A stretch of 64,000 bases of DNA from Hyphomicrobiales bacterium (lineage in GTDB: Bacteria; Pseudomonadota; Alphaproteobacteria; Rhizobiales; Xanthobacteraceae), in NCBI GenBank assembly GCA_003135415.1, contig PLBP01000013.1, positions 30,601 through 94,600 on the forward strand. Reading direction: 5' to 3'. Each line of letters opens with the position of its first letter. The first letter of the stretch is position 1. The position numbers and the translations under genes are program-made. Of this stretch, positions 31,249 to 40,995 are shown piece by piece. The notes under the pieces were generated by a model. It had not been told where the DNA came from. It saw only the letters and a list, made by a program, of their open reading frames with translations, and did not search any database.

Positions 31249-32235
31249 ATGCAAAAAACCAAACGCCGCTCGCGCATGCACCGGATCAGCAGTGGCAAGC
31301 GCATCGAGTTGACCGAGCGCGATATCGAACTGTTCGAGTTGCTCAATCGCTATCACTTCCTCCGGTCAAATTTTATGTACGCCTTTCTCGGGGGCAATTC
31401 AGAAACGCGCTTCAAGGAGCGGCTCGGGCATCTGTACCACGATGGTCGGTATATCAATCGACCCGAGCAACAATGGCAGTTTGCGAACTGCCGCTACATG
31501 CCCGTCGTCCATGAACTGGACGACCGAGGCGAGCAGGTACTCCGTGAGCGCGGCCTAATTCGCAGCGACAGCCCGCTTCTCAAAAAGGGTCGCATGGGCG
31601 CATATCGGCAGTTCGCGCACGAACTCATGATTTGCGATTGCATGGCTTCGATAGAGCTTGGGGTTAGGCAGAACCAAAATCTGCGATTCATTTCGTGGCA
31701 GGAGATTATCACGAAGGCACCGGAAAGTACGCGCAGGCTCGATAATCCGTTCGCGATCCCTGTTTCGATCTCACATACATTTTCGCGCACAGGATCAGCG
31801 CAGCGCGCGGACATCAAGGTCGTGCCGGATGGATTATTCGGCCTGGAGTACGCATGTGACGGGCAGAAGATGTATCGCTTCTTCGCGCTTGAAGCGGATC
31901 GGAACACATTGCCCGTTATCCGCTCGGACCTACACCAGACTAGCTATCTCAGAAAGATTTTAGCTTACCGGCAGATCTCGGTTCAAAACATTTATAAATC
32001 GCACCTCGGTCTTCCCAATCTGCTTGTCCTAACCGTAACGACGAATCAGACCCACATGGCGAATATCATGTCGCTCGTGGGAGAACTGGCGCACGAGGGA
32101 AAGGCCAAGTTGTTTCTGTTTAAGACAATGAGCAGCGTCGGCGACTCTAAGAAAGCGCCCGAGCCCACGGTACACATGCTTACCGATGCGTGGCAGCGTG
32201 TTGGGTACGAGGCATTCCGAATCGATCAGCCATAA
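31249..32235 (+). CDS. Replication-relaxation-family-like protein (putative DNA-processing/mobilisation protein)
   Basis: 328 aa. The N-terminal ..LTERDIELFELLNRYHFLRSNFMYAFL.. winged-helix-like start resembles the replication-relaxation family. The call is from memory only. Confidence 0.5.
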   Translation: MQKTKRRSRMHRISSGKRIELTERDIELFELLNRYHFLRSNFMYAFLGGNSETRFKERLGHLYHDGRYINRPEQQWQFANCRYMPVVHELDDRGEQVLRERGLIRSDSPLLKKGRMGAYRQFAHELMICDCMASIELGVRQNQNLRFISWQEIITKAPESTRRLDNPFAIPVSISHTFSRTGSAQRADIKVVPDGLFGLEYACDGQKMYRFFALEADRNTLPVIRSDLHQTSYLRKILAYRQISVQNIYKSHLGLPNLLVLTVTTNQTHMANIMSLVGELAHEGKAKLFLFKTMSSVGDSKKAPEPTVHMLTDAWQRVGYEAFRIDQP

Positions 32236-32277
32236 GCTGCAAGATTTGCAATCCGCCGAAAGCTGGACGATTATAGC

Positions 32278-32300
32278 GGAGCCAAATCGGAGCCAAAAAT
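32278..32300 (+). repeat. 23-bp direct repeat, copy 2 (ggagccaaatcggagccaaaaat), 16 nt upstream of the intact tRNA-Gly
   Basis: Exact match to 4291-4313. Confidence 0.6.
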
Positions 32301-32316
32301 TAGAAAACGTACGTTT

Positions 32317-32390
32317 GCGGGCGTAGTTCAATGGCAGAACGGCAGCTTCCCAAGCTGCATACGAGGGTTCGATTCCCTTCGCCCGCTCCA
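32317..32390 (+). tRNA. tRNA-Gly (anticodon CCC), intact, CCA encoded; attR overlaps nt 1-37
   Basis: Hand-folded cloverleaf: acceptor GCGGGCG/CGCCCGC, D stem GTTC/GAAC, anticodon stem GCAGC/GCTGC with loop TTCCCAA, T stem GAGGG/CCCTT with TTCGATT loop, then TCCA. Confidence 0.95.
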
Positions 32391-32491
32391 ATTTTCCAAA
32401 AAAACAGCTGCTCGCCCCGCGGCCGCCGATTAGCGCGAAGTGAACGCGGGCTTGATTGACGCGCGCGGGAGCGAGGACTAGCTAAAGCGAG

Positions 32492-32656
32492 ATGACCCAA
32501 CTCGTCGAACGAAAGCTCTTCAGCAAGAACGCGCTTTACATCGCGGCCGCGCTCTTCGGCCTCGCGCTCGCGGCGAGCATCGTGCTGTGGGCGAAGCTCG
32601 GCACTGCCGTCTTCTTCGAGTCGATCCGCACCGGCCTTGCCTATTGTTTCGGATGA
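32492..32656 (+). CDS. Small (54-aa) putative membrane protein, translationally coupled to the SCO gene
   Basis: Below the track's size cutoff. ATG 32492, MTQLVERKLFSKNALYIAAALFGLALAASIVLWAKLGTAVFFESIRTGLAYCFG. Its TGA overlaps the SCO ATG (ATGA at 32653-32656). Confidence 0.4.
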   Translation: MTQLVERKLFSKNALYIAAALFGLALAASIVLWAKLGTAVFFESIRTGLAYCFG

Positions 32657-33252
32657 GGGCCGGATTGCCGAGCGCCCAAACGCGTATTCTCGCCGTGCTC
32701 GCGGCCTTTCTCGCTGGCGCGCTGGCGCTGTTCACGGCCGTGTGGCTCACGCTGCCGAAAGAGGCGACACAGGTCTCGAGCGTCGGCGGCCCGTTCCGGC
32801 TCACCGACCAGAACGGCCGCGCGGTGAGCGAGCAGGACTTCAAGGGCGAGCCATTCGTCGTCTTCTTCGGTTTCACCAATTGCCCGGATATTTGCCCGAC
32901 CACGCTGTTCGAAATGTCCGAAGTCCTGAAGCGGCTTGGGCCCGACGCCAATAAGATGGCGGCGCTCTTCATCAGCGTCGATCCCGAGCGCGATACGCCC
33001 GAGAAGCTCAAGGATTATGTGTCGAGCTTCCACCCGCGCATTTTCGGCCTTACCGGCACGCCGGAAGAGATCGCCACGGTTGAGAGGGAATACCGCGTCT
33101 ACGCGAAGAAAGTCCCGCTCAAGGACGGCGACTACACCATGGACCACACCGCCGTGGTCTATCTGATGGACAAGGACGGCCGCTTCGTCGCGCCCTTTAA
33201 CCTGAAGAAGAGCGCGGACGAGGCCGCGGCCGATCTGCGGCGGCGGCTGTAA
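32653..33252 (+). CDS. SCO1/SenC-family copper chaperone (thioredoxin fold)
   Basis: ..FKGEPFVVFFGFTNCPDICPTTL.. (CxxxC) and ..DHTAVVYLMD... Start taken at the internal ATG 32653 (MRAGLPSAQTRILAVLAAF.. membrane anchor). Confidence 0.85.
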   Translation: MRAGLPSAQTRILAVLAAFLAGALALFTAVWLTLPKEATQVSSVGGPFRLTDQNGRAVSEQDFKGEPFVVFFGFTNCPDICPTTLFEMSEVLKRLGPDANKMAALFISVDPERDTPEKLKDYVSSFHPRIFGLTGTPEEIATVEREYRVYAKKVPLKDGDYTMDHTAVVYLMDKDGRFVAPFNLKKSADEAAADLRRRL

Positions 33253-33383
33253 TCTTCCGGGCGTCAGCGGAAAGCAAGCTTACGGGCGCTTCCTGGCAGG
33301 TCATCGGACGGCCCAAATTCACGCATTACTGGACCCGCCCGCGCTAGAACGTTTGCCCTCACGTATATTAAAGTCGCCCCAGC

Positions 33384-34304
33384 ATGAAGACCTCCAGAAT
33401 GAACCGCAAACCGCGATCGGCGCGGGCGACGAAAAAGGCATCGGCCTTCGCGCTCGCCGGGCTCACCGTGCTCGCCACCGCGGTTTCGTTCGCGGCCTTT
33501 GAGCCGGCGCTGCCGCCCGCGCTCGCGCAGCAGACCGCCGGCGTCTTCGTGCCGGGATTTTGGGATCCCAAGCGCCGGCCGGAACGGCCGGAAAGTGGGC
33601 GCCTCACCACCATCCGCTTCCTCACGGAAGAGGATTATCCGCCCTTCAACTTCAAGGGGCCGGGCGGGCAGCCGGCGGGCTTCAATGTCGATCTCGCCCG
33701 CGCGATCTGCGCCGAGCTCAATCTCGTCTGCACCATCCAGGTGCGCCGCTTCAACACGCTGCTCGATTCGCTGAACGACAATCGCGGTGACGCGGCGATC
33801 GCCTCGCTCGCCATCACGCCGCAAAACCGTGCCCGCGCCGATTTTACCGATCGCTATTACCGCACGCCCGCGCGTTTCATCGCACGCAAGGAAGTACTTC
33901 TCGATCAGATCACGCCGGAGGCGATCGCCGGCCGGCGCGTTGCCGTCGTCGCCGGCACCGCGCATGAAGCTTATCTGCGCGATTTCTTTCCGGAGACGGT
34001 GATCAGGGCCTATCCGAATGTCGAGACCGCGCTTGCCGCCTTGAAGCGGGCCGAGGCCGAACTCATGTTCGGCGACGGCGTCGCGCTCGCTTTTTGGCTG
34101 AACGGCACGGGCTCGGCGAATTGCTGCGTCTTCCGCGGCGGCCCTTTTACCGAGAGCCGGTATTTCGGCGAAGGCGTCGGGATCGCGGTCAGGCGCGGCA
34201 ACGAGAATTTGCGCCGCGCGCTCGATTACGCGCTGTTCCGGGTGTGGGAAAAAGGCACCTACACCGAACTCTACTTGCGCTATTTCCCCATCAGCTTCTA
34301 TTGA
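33384..34304 (+). CDS. Periplasmic solute-binding protein (family 3, amino-acid-ABC-type)
   Basis: 306 aa. Signal/anchor segment, ..[14 protein letters not shown].., ..[14 protein letters not shown].., ..[11 protein letters not shown]... Confidence 0.75.
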   Translation: MKTSRMNRKPRSARATKKASAFALAGLTVLATAVSFAAFEPALPPALAQQTAGVFVPGFWDPKRRPERPESGRLTTIRFLTEEDYPPFNFKGPGGQPAGFNVDLARAICAELNLVCTIQVRRFNTLLDSLNDNRGDAAIASLAITPQNRARADFTDRYYRTPARFIARKEVLLDQITPEAIAGRRVAVVAGTAHEAYLRDFFPETVIRAYPNVETALAALKRAEAELMFGDGVALAFWLNGTGSANCCVFRGGPFTESRYFGEGVGIAVRRGNENLRRALDYALFRVWEKGTYTELYLRYFPISFY

Positions 34305-34321
34305 GCGGCATCTGGAGCGAA

Positions 34322-35995
34322 ATGATGCCGGCCGACGCCGCGCCAGTGACGAATTTGAGGGAGGCGGCGGAGAAATCCGCCGCTTGGCCGTTCGAGGAAG
34401 CGCGCAAGATCGTCGCGCGGCTGAAACGCGCCCCCAAGAATGCGCCTAAGAACGAGGTGATTTTCGAAACCGGCTACGGCCCTTCCGGCCTGCCGCACAT
34501 CGGCACCTTCGGCGAAGTCGCGCGCACGACCATGGTGCGCCATGCCTTCCGCGTGCTCACCGACGATAAGGTGAAGACGCGTCTCATCGCTTTCTCCGAC
34601 GACATGGATGGCCTCCGCAAAGTGCCGGACAACGTGCCGAACAAGGAATTGCTCGAGCAGCATCTCGGCAAGCCCTTGACGGCAGTGCCGGATCCCTTCG
34701 GCACGCATAAAAGCTTCGGCGAGCACAACAATGCGCGGCTCCGCGCCTTTCTCGACCATTTCAACTTCGATTACGAATTTCTCTCTTCGACCGAATGCTA
34801 CAAGTCCGGCCGCTTCGACGAAGCCCTCCTGAAGATGCTCGCGCACTACGAAAAGGTGATGGCGATCATGCTGCCGTCCTTGCGCGAGGAACGCGCGCAG
34901 AGCTATTCACCGTTTTTGCCGGTGAGCCCGCGCACTGGAATCGTCTTGCAGGTGCCGGTGATTGCCCACGACGCCAAGGCCGGAACCATCACCTATGAAG
35001 ACCCCGACACCAAGAAGCCCGAGACGACGCCGGTCACCGGCGGTCATTGCAAGCTGCAATGGAAGCCCGACTGGGCCATGCGCTGGGTCGCGCTCGGCGT
35101 CGATTACGAAATGGCCGGCAAGGATTTGATCGACTCGGTGAAGCTCTCGGGCGAAATCTGCCGCGCGCTCGGCGCGACACCACCGGAAGGGTTCAACTAC
35201 GAGCTCTTCCTCGACGAGAAAGGACAGAAGATTTCGAAGTCGAAGGGCAACGGCCTCACCATCGAGGAATGGTTGCGCTATGCGAGCCCGGAAAGCCTTT
35301 CGCTCTTCATGTATCGCGAGCCGAAGGCGGCGAAGCGGCTTTATTTCGACGTGATCCCGCGCAATGCCGATGAGTATCAGCAATTTCTACAAGGCTACGA
35401 GCGCCAAGACGTGAAGCAACAGCTTGGCAATCCGGTCTGGCATATCCATTCGGGCTCTCCGCCGAAGCCGGAAATGCCTGTACCGTTCTCGATGCTGTTG
35501 AGCTTGGTGATCGCCTCCAACGCGGAAAACGCCGATACGCTCTGGGGCTACATCGGCCGCTACCGGCCGGGTGTCACGCGCGAGACGCATCCGAAGCTGC
35601 ATCAGCTGGTTGAATACGCGATCCATTATTTTCGCGATTTCGTGCTGCCGGCAAAAAAATTCCGCGAGCCGACGGATGCGGAACGCGCGGCTCTCGCGGA
35701 TCTCCGCGACGCGCTGTCGCAATTACCCGCCGACGCACCGGCCGAGAAAATTCAGGATGTGGTCTACGAGGTCGGACGCCGGGAGCCGTTTCTCGACAAG
35801 ACCGGCAAGATCAAAACCAAGGACGGCAAGCCCGGCGTCGCGCTCGACTGGTTCAATATGCTCTATCAGGTGCTGCTCGGCCAGGAGAAGGGACCGCGCT
35901 TCGGCTCCTTCGTCGAGGCCTACGGGATACAGAATACGGTCGACATGATCGACGGCGCGCTCGCGCGCTCGAGGGTTACTGGCTCGACCAGATGA
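34322..35995 (+). CDS. lysK: Lysine--tRNA ligase, class I
   Basis: Internal ATG of track ORF 34094-35995 (MMPADAAPV..). ..[16 protein letters not shown].. (HIGH-like) and ..KISKSKGNG.. (KMSKS). Class-I LysRS is common in alphaproteobacteria. Confidence 0.85.
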   Translation: MMPADAAPVTNLREAAEKSAAWPFEEARKIVARLKRAPKNAPKNEVIFETGYGPSGLPHIGTFGEVARTTMVRHAFRVLTDDKVKTRLIAFSDDMDGLRKVPDNVPNKELLEQHLGKPLTAVPDPFGTHKSFGEHNNARLRAFLDHFNFDYEFLSSTECYKSGRFDEALLKMLAHYEKVMAIMLPSLREERAQSYSPFLPVSPRTGIVLQVPVIAHDAKAGTITYEDPDTKKPETTPVTGGHCKLQWKPDWAMRWVALGVDYEMAGKDLIDSVKLSGEICRALGATPPEGFNYELFLDEKGQKISKSKGNGLTIEEWLRYASPESLSLFMYREPKAAKRLYFDVIPRNADEYQQFLQGYERQDVKQQLGNPVWHIHSGSPPKPEMPVPFSMLLSLVIASNAENADTLWGYIGRYRPGVTRETHPKLHQLVEYAIHYFRDFVLPAKKFREPTDAERAALADLRDALSQLPADAPAEKIQDVVYEVGRREPFLDKTGKIKTKDGKPGVALDWFNMLYQVLLGQEKGPRFGSFVEAYGIQNTVDMIDGALARSRVTGSTR

Positions 35996-36617
35996 TGCGC
36001 GCGATCCAGAGAATTTCGGAGGCCGAGAGCGTGCGGTCTCTGTGACCGGGCGTGAGCAAAACGAGCTGCACGCTTTTCGCCGTCTTCCGTTTCATCTCCA
36101 CCGCGAGCACTTCGTCGTCCTTGGTTTTCATCACCACCCGGTCGCCCTTGCGAACGATTGCTGCCGGCGAAACGATGATGATATCGCCCTTGCGATAAAG
36201 CGGCCCCATCGAATGGTCGGAAATTTCGAGCGCGTAAGCGCGCTCGTCATTGACGTCCGGGAACGGAATCTCGTCCCAACCCGCCCCCGCCGGAAAACCG
36301 TGCTCGTCGAAATATCCGCCTGACGCCGCTTGCGATAGACCGATGACCGGCACGGGCTTGGCGGGGCGGCGACCTTTTTTCTGGGTCAATAGCGCGACGA
36401 ATTCGTCGATGCTGGCGCCCGTCGCCTGCAGCACCTTCGCGATCGACTCGGTCGAGGGCCAACGCGGGCGGCCCTCCGGGGTGATGCGCTTCGAGCGGTT
36501 GAAGCTCGTGGGATCGAGCCCCGCCTTTTTCGCGAGCCCCGATGCCGAGAAGTCGTAGCGCGCGGCGAGGCGATCGATCGCGCCCCAAACCTGCGGGTGG
36601 GTGAGCATGGTCGCCAT
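35976..36617 (-). CDS. CI/LexA-like repressor (HTH + S24 peptidase domain)
   Basis: 213 aa. N-terminal HTH (..[22 protein letters not shown]..). The C-terminal S24-like ..[23 protein letters not shown].. carries the Ser nucleophile context. Confidence 0.75.
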   Translation of the reverse strand: MATMLTHPQVWGAIDRLAARYDFSASGLAKKAGLDPTSFNRSKRITPEGRPRWPSTESIAKVLQATGASIDEFVALLTQKKGRRPAKPVPVIGLSQAASGGYFDEHGFPAGAGWDEIPFPDVNDERAYALEISDHSMGPLYRKGDIIIVSPAAIVRKGDRVVMKTKDDEVLAVEMKRKTAKSVQLVLLTPGHRDRTLSASEILWIARIIWSSQ

Positions 36618-36788
36618 CGGTTCACCCCGGCTGAACGGATCGCCCTAGGAATAATCACCTGTAGGGCCGCCGTCCAGATAATTCGCTCTCGCAGCGAAAA
36701 ATTAGGTCACACGCACGCTTGCGGGGCCGGATCAAGCTCGATAGCGTTCGCATGAACTCGCAAAACCGCCCTCATTTGGAATCCGACC

Positions 36789-37877
36789 GTGATTCGTTTG
36801 ATCGATTATGCGCGGCCGTTCGCCGCGCTCATCGACCCCGAGGAAGCCCACCGGCTCGCCGTCAACGCCCTCAAGGTCCTTCCCTCGCTCGCGATCGGGC
36901 GCGACGACCCCATTCTCGGCCTTTCCGTGTTTGGGCTCGACTTTCCCAATCCGCTGGGCCTAGCGGCGGGCTTCGACAAGAACGCGGAAGTGACGGACGC
37001 GATCCTTCGTCTCGGCTTCGGTTTCACCGAGGTCGGCACGCTGACGCCGCGGCCGCAGGCGGGCAATCCGCGGCCGCGCCTGTTCCGGTTACCGGCGGCG
37101 GAAGGCGTCATCAACCGGCTTGGCTTCAACAATGAAGGCTTTCAGGCTGCGGGCGGGCGGCTCGCCGACCGCGCGCATCATGACGGCGTTGTCGGCGTCA
37201 ATATCGGCGCTAATCGCGACCAGCGCGACCGCGCCGCCGATTACGTCGCCGGGATCGAAACCTTCGCGCCGTTCGCGAGCTATCTCGTCGTCAACGTGTC
37301 CTCGCCCAATACGCCGGGCCTGCGCGATTTGCAGGCGGCGCCCGCGCTCGATGATTTGCTCGCGCGCGTGATCGAGGCGCGCGATCGCGCCGCCGAGCGG
37401 ACGGGCCGCAAGGCGCTACTGCTGAAAATATCTCCGGATCTGTCGCTCGCCGAGCTCGACGATTTGATCGCGGTTGTGCGCAAGCGGGGCGCCGACGGGC
37501 TCATCGTTTCGAACACGACCGTGGCAAGGCCGGCGACGGTGCGCGATCCCGCCGTGCGCGAGACGGGTGGCCTCTCGGGAAGACCGCTGTTTTCGCTATC
37601 GACCTGGATGCTGGCGGAGACCTTCCGCCGCGTGGGCCATGAAATGCCGCTCATCGGCGTCGGCGGCGTCGATTCGGCGGAGGCCGCCTGGACGAAAATT
37701 CTCGCCGGCGCCTCGCTCGTGCAGCTCTATTCAGGGATGGTGTTCCACGGCTTCGGGCTCGTCGGCAAAATCAAGAGCGGCCTCGAAGACCGTCTGCGGC
37801 GCTCAGGCTACGTCTCGATCGTCGATGCGATCGGCGCCGAGGCGCGCGCGATCGCCGCCGAGCCGTGGCCGACTTGA
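36789..37877 (+). CDS. pyrD: Dihydroorotate dehydrogenase (quinone), class 2
   Basis: 362 aa (GTG start). ..FPNPLGLAAGFDKN..GFGFTEVGT.TP..Q.GNP.PR.FR.., ..NISSPNTPGLR.., ..SNTT... Confidence 0.9.
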   Translation: MIRLIDYARPFAALIDPEEAHRLAVNALKVLPSLAIGRDDPILGLSVFGLDFPNPLGLAAGFDKNAEVTDAILRLGFGFTEVGTLTPRPQAGNPRPRLFRLPAAEGVINRLGFNNEGFQAAGGRLADRAHHDGVVGVNIGANRDQRDRAADYVAGIETFAPFASYLVVNVSSPNTPGLRDLQAAPALDDLLARVIEARDRAAERTGRKALLLKISPDLSLAELDDLIAVVRKRGADGLIVSNTTVARPATVRDPAVRETGGLSGRPLFSLSTWMLAETFRRVGHEMPLIGVGGVDSAEAAWTKILAGASLVQLYSGMVFHGFGLVGKIKSGLEDRLRRSGYVSIVDAIGAEARAIAAEPWPT

Positions 37878-38156
37878 TCAGGAGCGGTTGGATCCCGCGC
37901 GCGCGAGCCGCACGATCAGCCAGATCGGGAAGACGAGCACCGCACCGAGGATGAAATAGCGCCAGACGGAATCGATCGCGTCCCAGCCAAGATTGATAAT
38001 GCGGCGGACGAGGCGCTCCAGGCTCCACCAGATGTTCCAGGGGTCGAAGCCGAGTACCGACAAAAGCACGCCGATCACGACGGATAAAAGAACGAGCCGC
38101 ACGACCACCCAGAAGGGCGAGCCTCCGAAAAACCGCTCCAGTGGATTATCGGCCAT
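37878..38156 (-). CDS. Small integral membrane protein
   Basis: C-terminal 92 codons of track ORF 37878-38456, starting MADNPLERFFGGSPFWVVVRLVLLSVVIGVLL... Two or three hydrophobic helices. The upstream extension looks non-coding. Confidence 0.5.
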   Translation of the reverse strand: MADNPLERFFGGSPFWVVVRLVLLSVVIGVLLSVLGFDPWNIWWSLERLVRRIINLGWDAIDSVWRYFILGAVLVFPIWLIVRLARAGSNRS

Positions 38157-38265
38157 GATCTCCTCCGCTTCGCCGCGCCCGTCTAGCATGGCGGCTGCAG
38201 GTAGGCGAGACGAGGCTTGACCGCAAGAGGCGCAGCAGCGCTTGTTTCCATATTTGAGAACCTTC

Positions 38266-39198
38266 ATGCGCCCGGCTTCGCTCTTTATTTCTTCCGGCAA
38301 TCCGCTGCTCGATAAACGCTTCGAGTGGGCGGATGGCTTGCTCGGGCGCGGGGAGCCACAGGCCGCCGCGGATTTGCTCGAAGAGACACTGGCGCGGACG
38401 CCTGAATTTATCGCCGGATGGTTTTTACTCGGCAGCGCGCGCGAGCAAGCGGACAACCGCCACGGCGCGATCGATGCCTATCGCCGTGCGCTCGCGCTCG
38501 ATCCCGAGGACCGGCTGGGAATTGCCTTGCGGCTCATCCGGCTCGGCGAGCGCGAAACACCCGGCGCGATGCCGCACGCCTATGTCCGTACCTTGTTCGA
38601 TCAATATGCTGCGCGTTTCGATGGCGAACTGCAGAACGCGCTTCACTATCGCGGCCCCGTGCTTTTGCGCCGGGCCATCGACAAGGTCCTCGGCGCGAAT
38701 ACGCGCTTCGTGCGTGCGCTCGATCTCGGCTGCGGCACCGGCCTAATGGGCGCGGCGATCCGGGCAAGGGTGAACGAGCTTGCCGGCGTCGATCTTTCTC
38801 CCGCGATGCTCGCGGTAGCGAAACGAAAGCGCATTTATGACCGGCTGGTCGCCGGCGACCTGATCGCGTTTCTCGAAACGGCGGATCGGCCCTTCGATCT
38901 GATCGTCGCGGCCGATGTGTTCGTTTATCTCGATGACCTCGCGCCAGTCTTGCGTTTAGCGGCGCGGCAGCTCGCCGCTTCGGGCGCGATCGCCTTCACG
39001 GTCGAGACGCATGCGGGCGACGGCGCGATCCTGCGCGACACCTTGCGCTTCGCCCATGGCGAGGCGCATTTACGCCAGGCCGCGGCCGAAGCCTCGCTCG
39101 ATGTCGCCTATCTCGACAAGGCCTCGACCCGGATCGAAAAGAATTGGCCGGTGGAAGGGCTTCTCGCCGTGCTGCGTGCGCCCGCCGCTCAGTCGTAG
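38266..39198 (+). CDS. Class I SAM-dependent methyltransferase with a TPR-like N-terminal region
   Basis: SAM motif ..RALDLGCGTGLMG.. and ..DLIVAADVFVYL... ATG 38266 preferred over TTG 38242. Confidence 0.75.
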   Translation: MRPASLFISSGNPLLDKRFEWADGLLGRGEPQAAADLLEETLARTPEFIAGWFLLGSAREQADNRHGAIDAYRRALALDPEDRLGIALRLIRLGERETPGAMPHAYVRTLFDQYAARFDGELQNALHYRGPVLLRRAIDKVLGANTRFVRALDLGCGTGLMGAAIRARVNELAGVDLSPAMLAVAKRKRIYDRLVAGDLIAFLETADRPFDLIVAADVFVYLDDLAPVLRLAARQLAASGAIAFTVETHAGDGAILRDTLRFAHGEAHLRQAAAEASLDVAYLDKASTRIEKNWPVEGLLAVLRAPAAQS

Positions 39199-39974
39199 CG
39201 GAAGAGCAGCGTCGCGATCAGCCCGGTCATGAGCGCCAAGAGCGCCGTGCCGAGGCCGTAAAAGAAGCGATGATTGCGTGCTTCCTGCGCGACCACCGCC
39301 TCGAAGCCTGTCTTTACCACTTCGATCGCGGTTTGTTGTTGCGCGAGCACGGCGCCCTTCGCGATCAACAAGGTTTCGACTTGATAATCGCCGGTCTGCG
39401 CGGTGCCGGGGATCGGCACGCCGGCGCGAAAAAACCGCGGCGTCAAAAATGTCACCGCCTTGGGATCGGCCGTATAGGCGCCCTCGTTCGTCTTCACGCG
39501 CAGGAACGCCCCGCGAAAGGAATCTTCCGGGGGCACCTCGGGGGCGTCGTTCCCGGCCGGCGGCGGGAGCACGTTATTGACGAGGCCGATGCCATACCGG
39601 CGCAGCATTTCGGGCGGACCGATTTCGGCGACCGGCTTATTACTCATCACCGCGAGGTAGGTAGGCACTTGGGCGAACTCGCGCGAGTCCGTGTTTACCC
39701 AAAGGCCCAATATGCGCTCCTTGCGCCGGGTGACGAAGGATCGCGCGGGCCCCCGCACGCTGACGACGACGTCATAGGCGCCGATCTGCGTATCCGCGGG
39801 CGCGCCATCGATGGAGCCGAACAAGACGAGTTCCGTGCCGGTGAAGTTCGAGGTGATGAGCACGCGGTGGGTGGAAACCGAGGTCACCAGCCGCTCGGCG
39901 TAAGCGGGCGGCGCGAGACATGCGGCGCCGAAGGCGGCGGCCGCCCAAAAGCCGATTTTGCCGCCCCGCCTCAT
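39189..39974 (-). CDS. Conserved alphaproteobacterial membrane-anchored protein (TIGR02186-like)
   Basis: 261 aa. Signal peptide, a C-terminal TM helix, and a 4-nt overlap with the upstream TauE/SafE gene, a pairing I recall as conserved in alphaproteobacteria. Confidence 0.55.
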   Translation of the reverse strand: MRRGGKIGFWAAAAFGAACLAPPAYAERLVTSVSTHRVLITSNFTGTELVLFGSIDGAPADTQIGAYDVVVSVRGPARSFVTRRKERILGLWVNTDSREFAQVPTYLAVMSNKPVAEIGPPEMLRRYGIGLVNNVLPPPAGNDAPEVPPEDSFRGAFLRVKTNEGAYTADPKAVTFLTPRFFRAGVPIPGTAQTGDYQVETLLIAKGAVLAQQQTAIEVVKTGFEAVVAQEARNHRFFYGLGTALLALMTGLIATLLFRYD

Positions 39975-40897
39975 TCCCAGATTTCCTTCGGAACCACCGA
40001 GAAAGGCTCCACCGGCGCGCTGATGAGGTCGGCTGCGACGCGCACGCCGACGGCGATGATGATCAATCCCAGCAAAAGGCGAAGCTGTTCGGCACGGATC
40101 GCCTGGCCCGCGCGCGCGCCGAACTGGGCGCCGAACACGCCGCCCACCATCAGCACGAGCGCGAGTACGGCGTCGACCGTACGATTTTCAACCGCATGAA
40201 GAACCGTTGCCACCAACATCGTCAGCAAAGTGAGAAAGAGCGACGTTGCCACCGAAACGGTCGTCGGCACGCGCATGAGATAGATGAGCGCGGGAACCAG
40301 CAGGAAACCGCCGCCGACGCCCATCACGGCGCCGATGAAGCCCGCGGCGAATCCGATCACCGTGATGGGAATCGCCGAGACATAAATGCGCGATTGGCGA
40401 AAGCGCAGTTTGAACGGAAGGCCGTGGAACCAGGCGTGCGTTCCCGGGCGCCGCAGGATCGGCGGCATGCCGCGCCATGTACGCAGAATCGCCCGCACAC
40501 TTTCCGTCATCATCAGCGCGCCCACGGCGGTGAGGAGCACGATGTAGGCAAGCGCGATGAAAAGATCGAGCTGGCCGGCGCGCCGCAGAAACGCGAAGAA
40601 CCACACGCCCGAAGCCGTCCCCAGGATCGCGCCCGACAGAAGCACGAAGCCGAGTCCGAGATCGACGAGGCGCTTCCGCCAATAGGTGAATGTGCCCGAG
40701 AAAGAGGATGCCGCCATATAACCCGGCACGCTCGCGACGGCGACGGCGGGAGGGATGCCGAGGAGGATCAACAGCGGCGTCATCAGGAAGCCGCCGCCGA
40801 TGCCGAACATGCCGGAGATGAATCCGATCGCGACGCCGAGGCCGAGGATCAGGAAGATATTGACCGGCAGCTCGGCGATCGGAAGATAAATGGGCAC
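39971..40897 (-). CDS. TauE/SafE-family anion exporter
   Basis: 308 aa, polytopic. The repeated ..G..GIGGGFL..P.L.. motifs are typical of TauE/SafE. Confidence 0.85.
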   Translation of the reverse strand: MPIYLPIAELPVNIFLILGLGVAIGFISGMFGIGGGFLMTPLLILLGIPPAVAVASVPGYMAASSFSGTFTYWRKRLVDLGLGFVLLSGAILGTASGVWFFAFLRRAGQLDLFIALAYIVLLTAVGALMMTESVRAILRTWRGMPPILRRPGTHAWFHGLPFKLRFRQSRIYVSAIPITVIGFAAGFIGAVMGVGGGFLLVPALIYLMRVPTTVSVATSLFLTLLTMLVATVLHAVENRTVDAVLALVLMVGGVFGAQFGARAGQAIRAEQLRLLLGLIIIAVGVRVAADLISAPVEPFSVVPKEIWE

Positions 40898-40995
40898 TGG
40901 TGATATCCGCGAAGCTCAAGCGGCCGCCTTTTCGGGCCGCGATCCTGCATCAAAGGCCGCCTGCAGCACTTGTCAATAAAAGTCGCGGGCGAAGG

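Larger units (their letters stand above)
4111..32353 (+). mobile_element. ~28.2-kb integrative genomic island at tRNA-Gly(CCC), with a composite mobility module and defence cargo
   Basis: 37-nt direct repeat (4111-4147 vs 32317-32353, one mismatch at 4129/32335). A tyrosine integrase and AlpA sit just inside the left end. Core housekeeping genes lie on both flanks. G+C and codon usage are visibly lower and patchy inside. Confidence 0.85.

Noticed and set aside
4111-32353. Search for transposases/IS elements, reverse transcriptase (retron/DGR), toxin-antitoxin pairs, CBASS/Thoeris-type cyclase or TIR genes, phage structural genes and T4SS genes inside the island
   Set aside because: None of the translated ORFs shows the corresponding signature motifs (DDE, YxDD, TIR, cyclase GS...D.D, capsid/terminase, VirB4). 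The island is neither a prophage nor a self-transmissible ICE on the evidence visible here.
35976-35995. 20-bp convergent overlap of the lysK and CI/LexA-like repressor 3' ends
   Set aside because: Short convergent overlaps are common in compact high-GC genomes. There is no evidence of regulatory significance.
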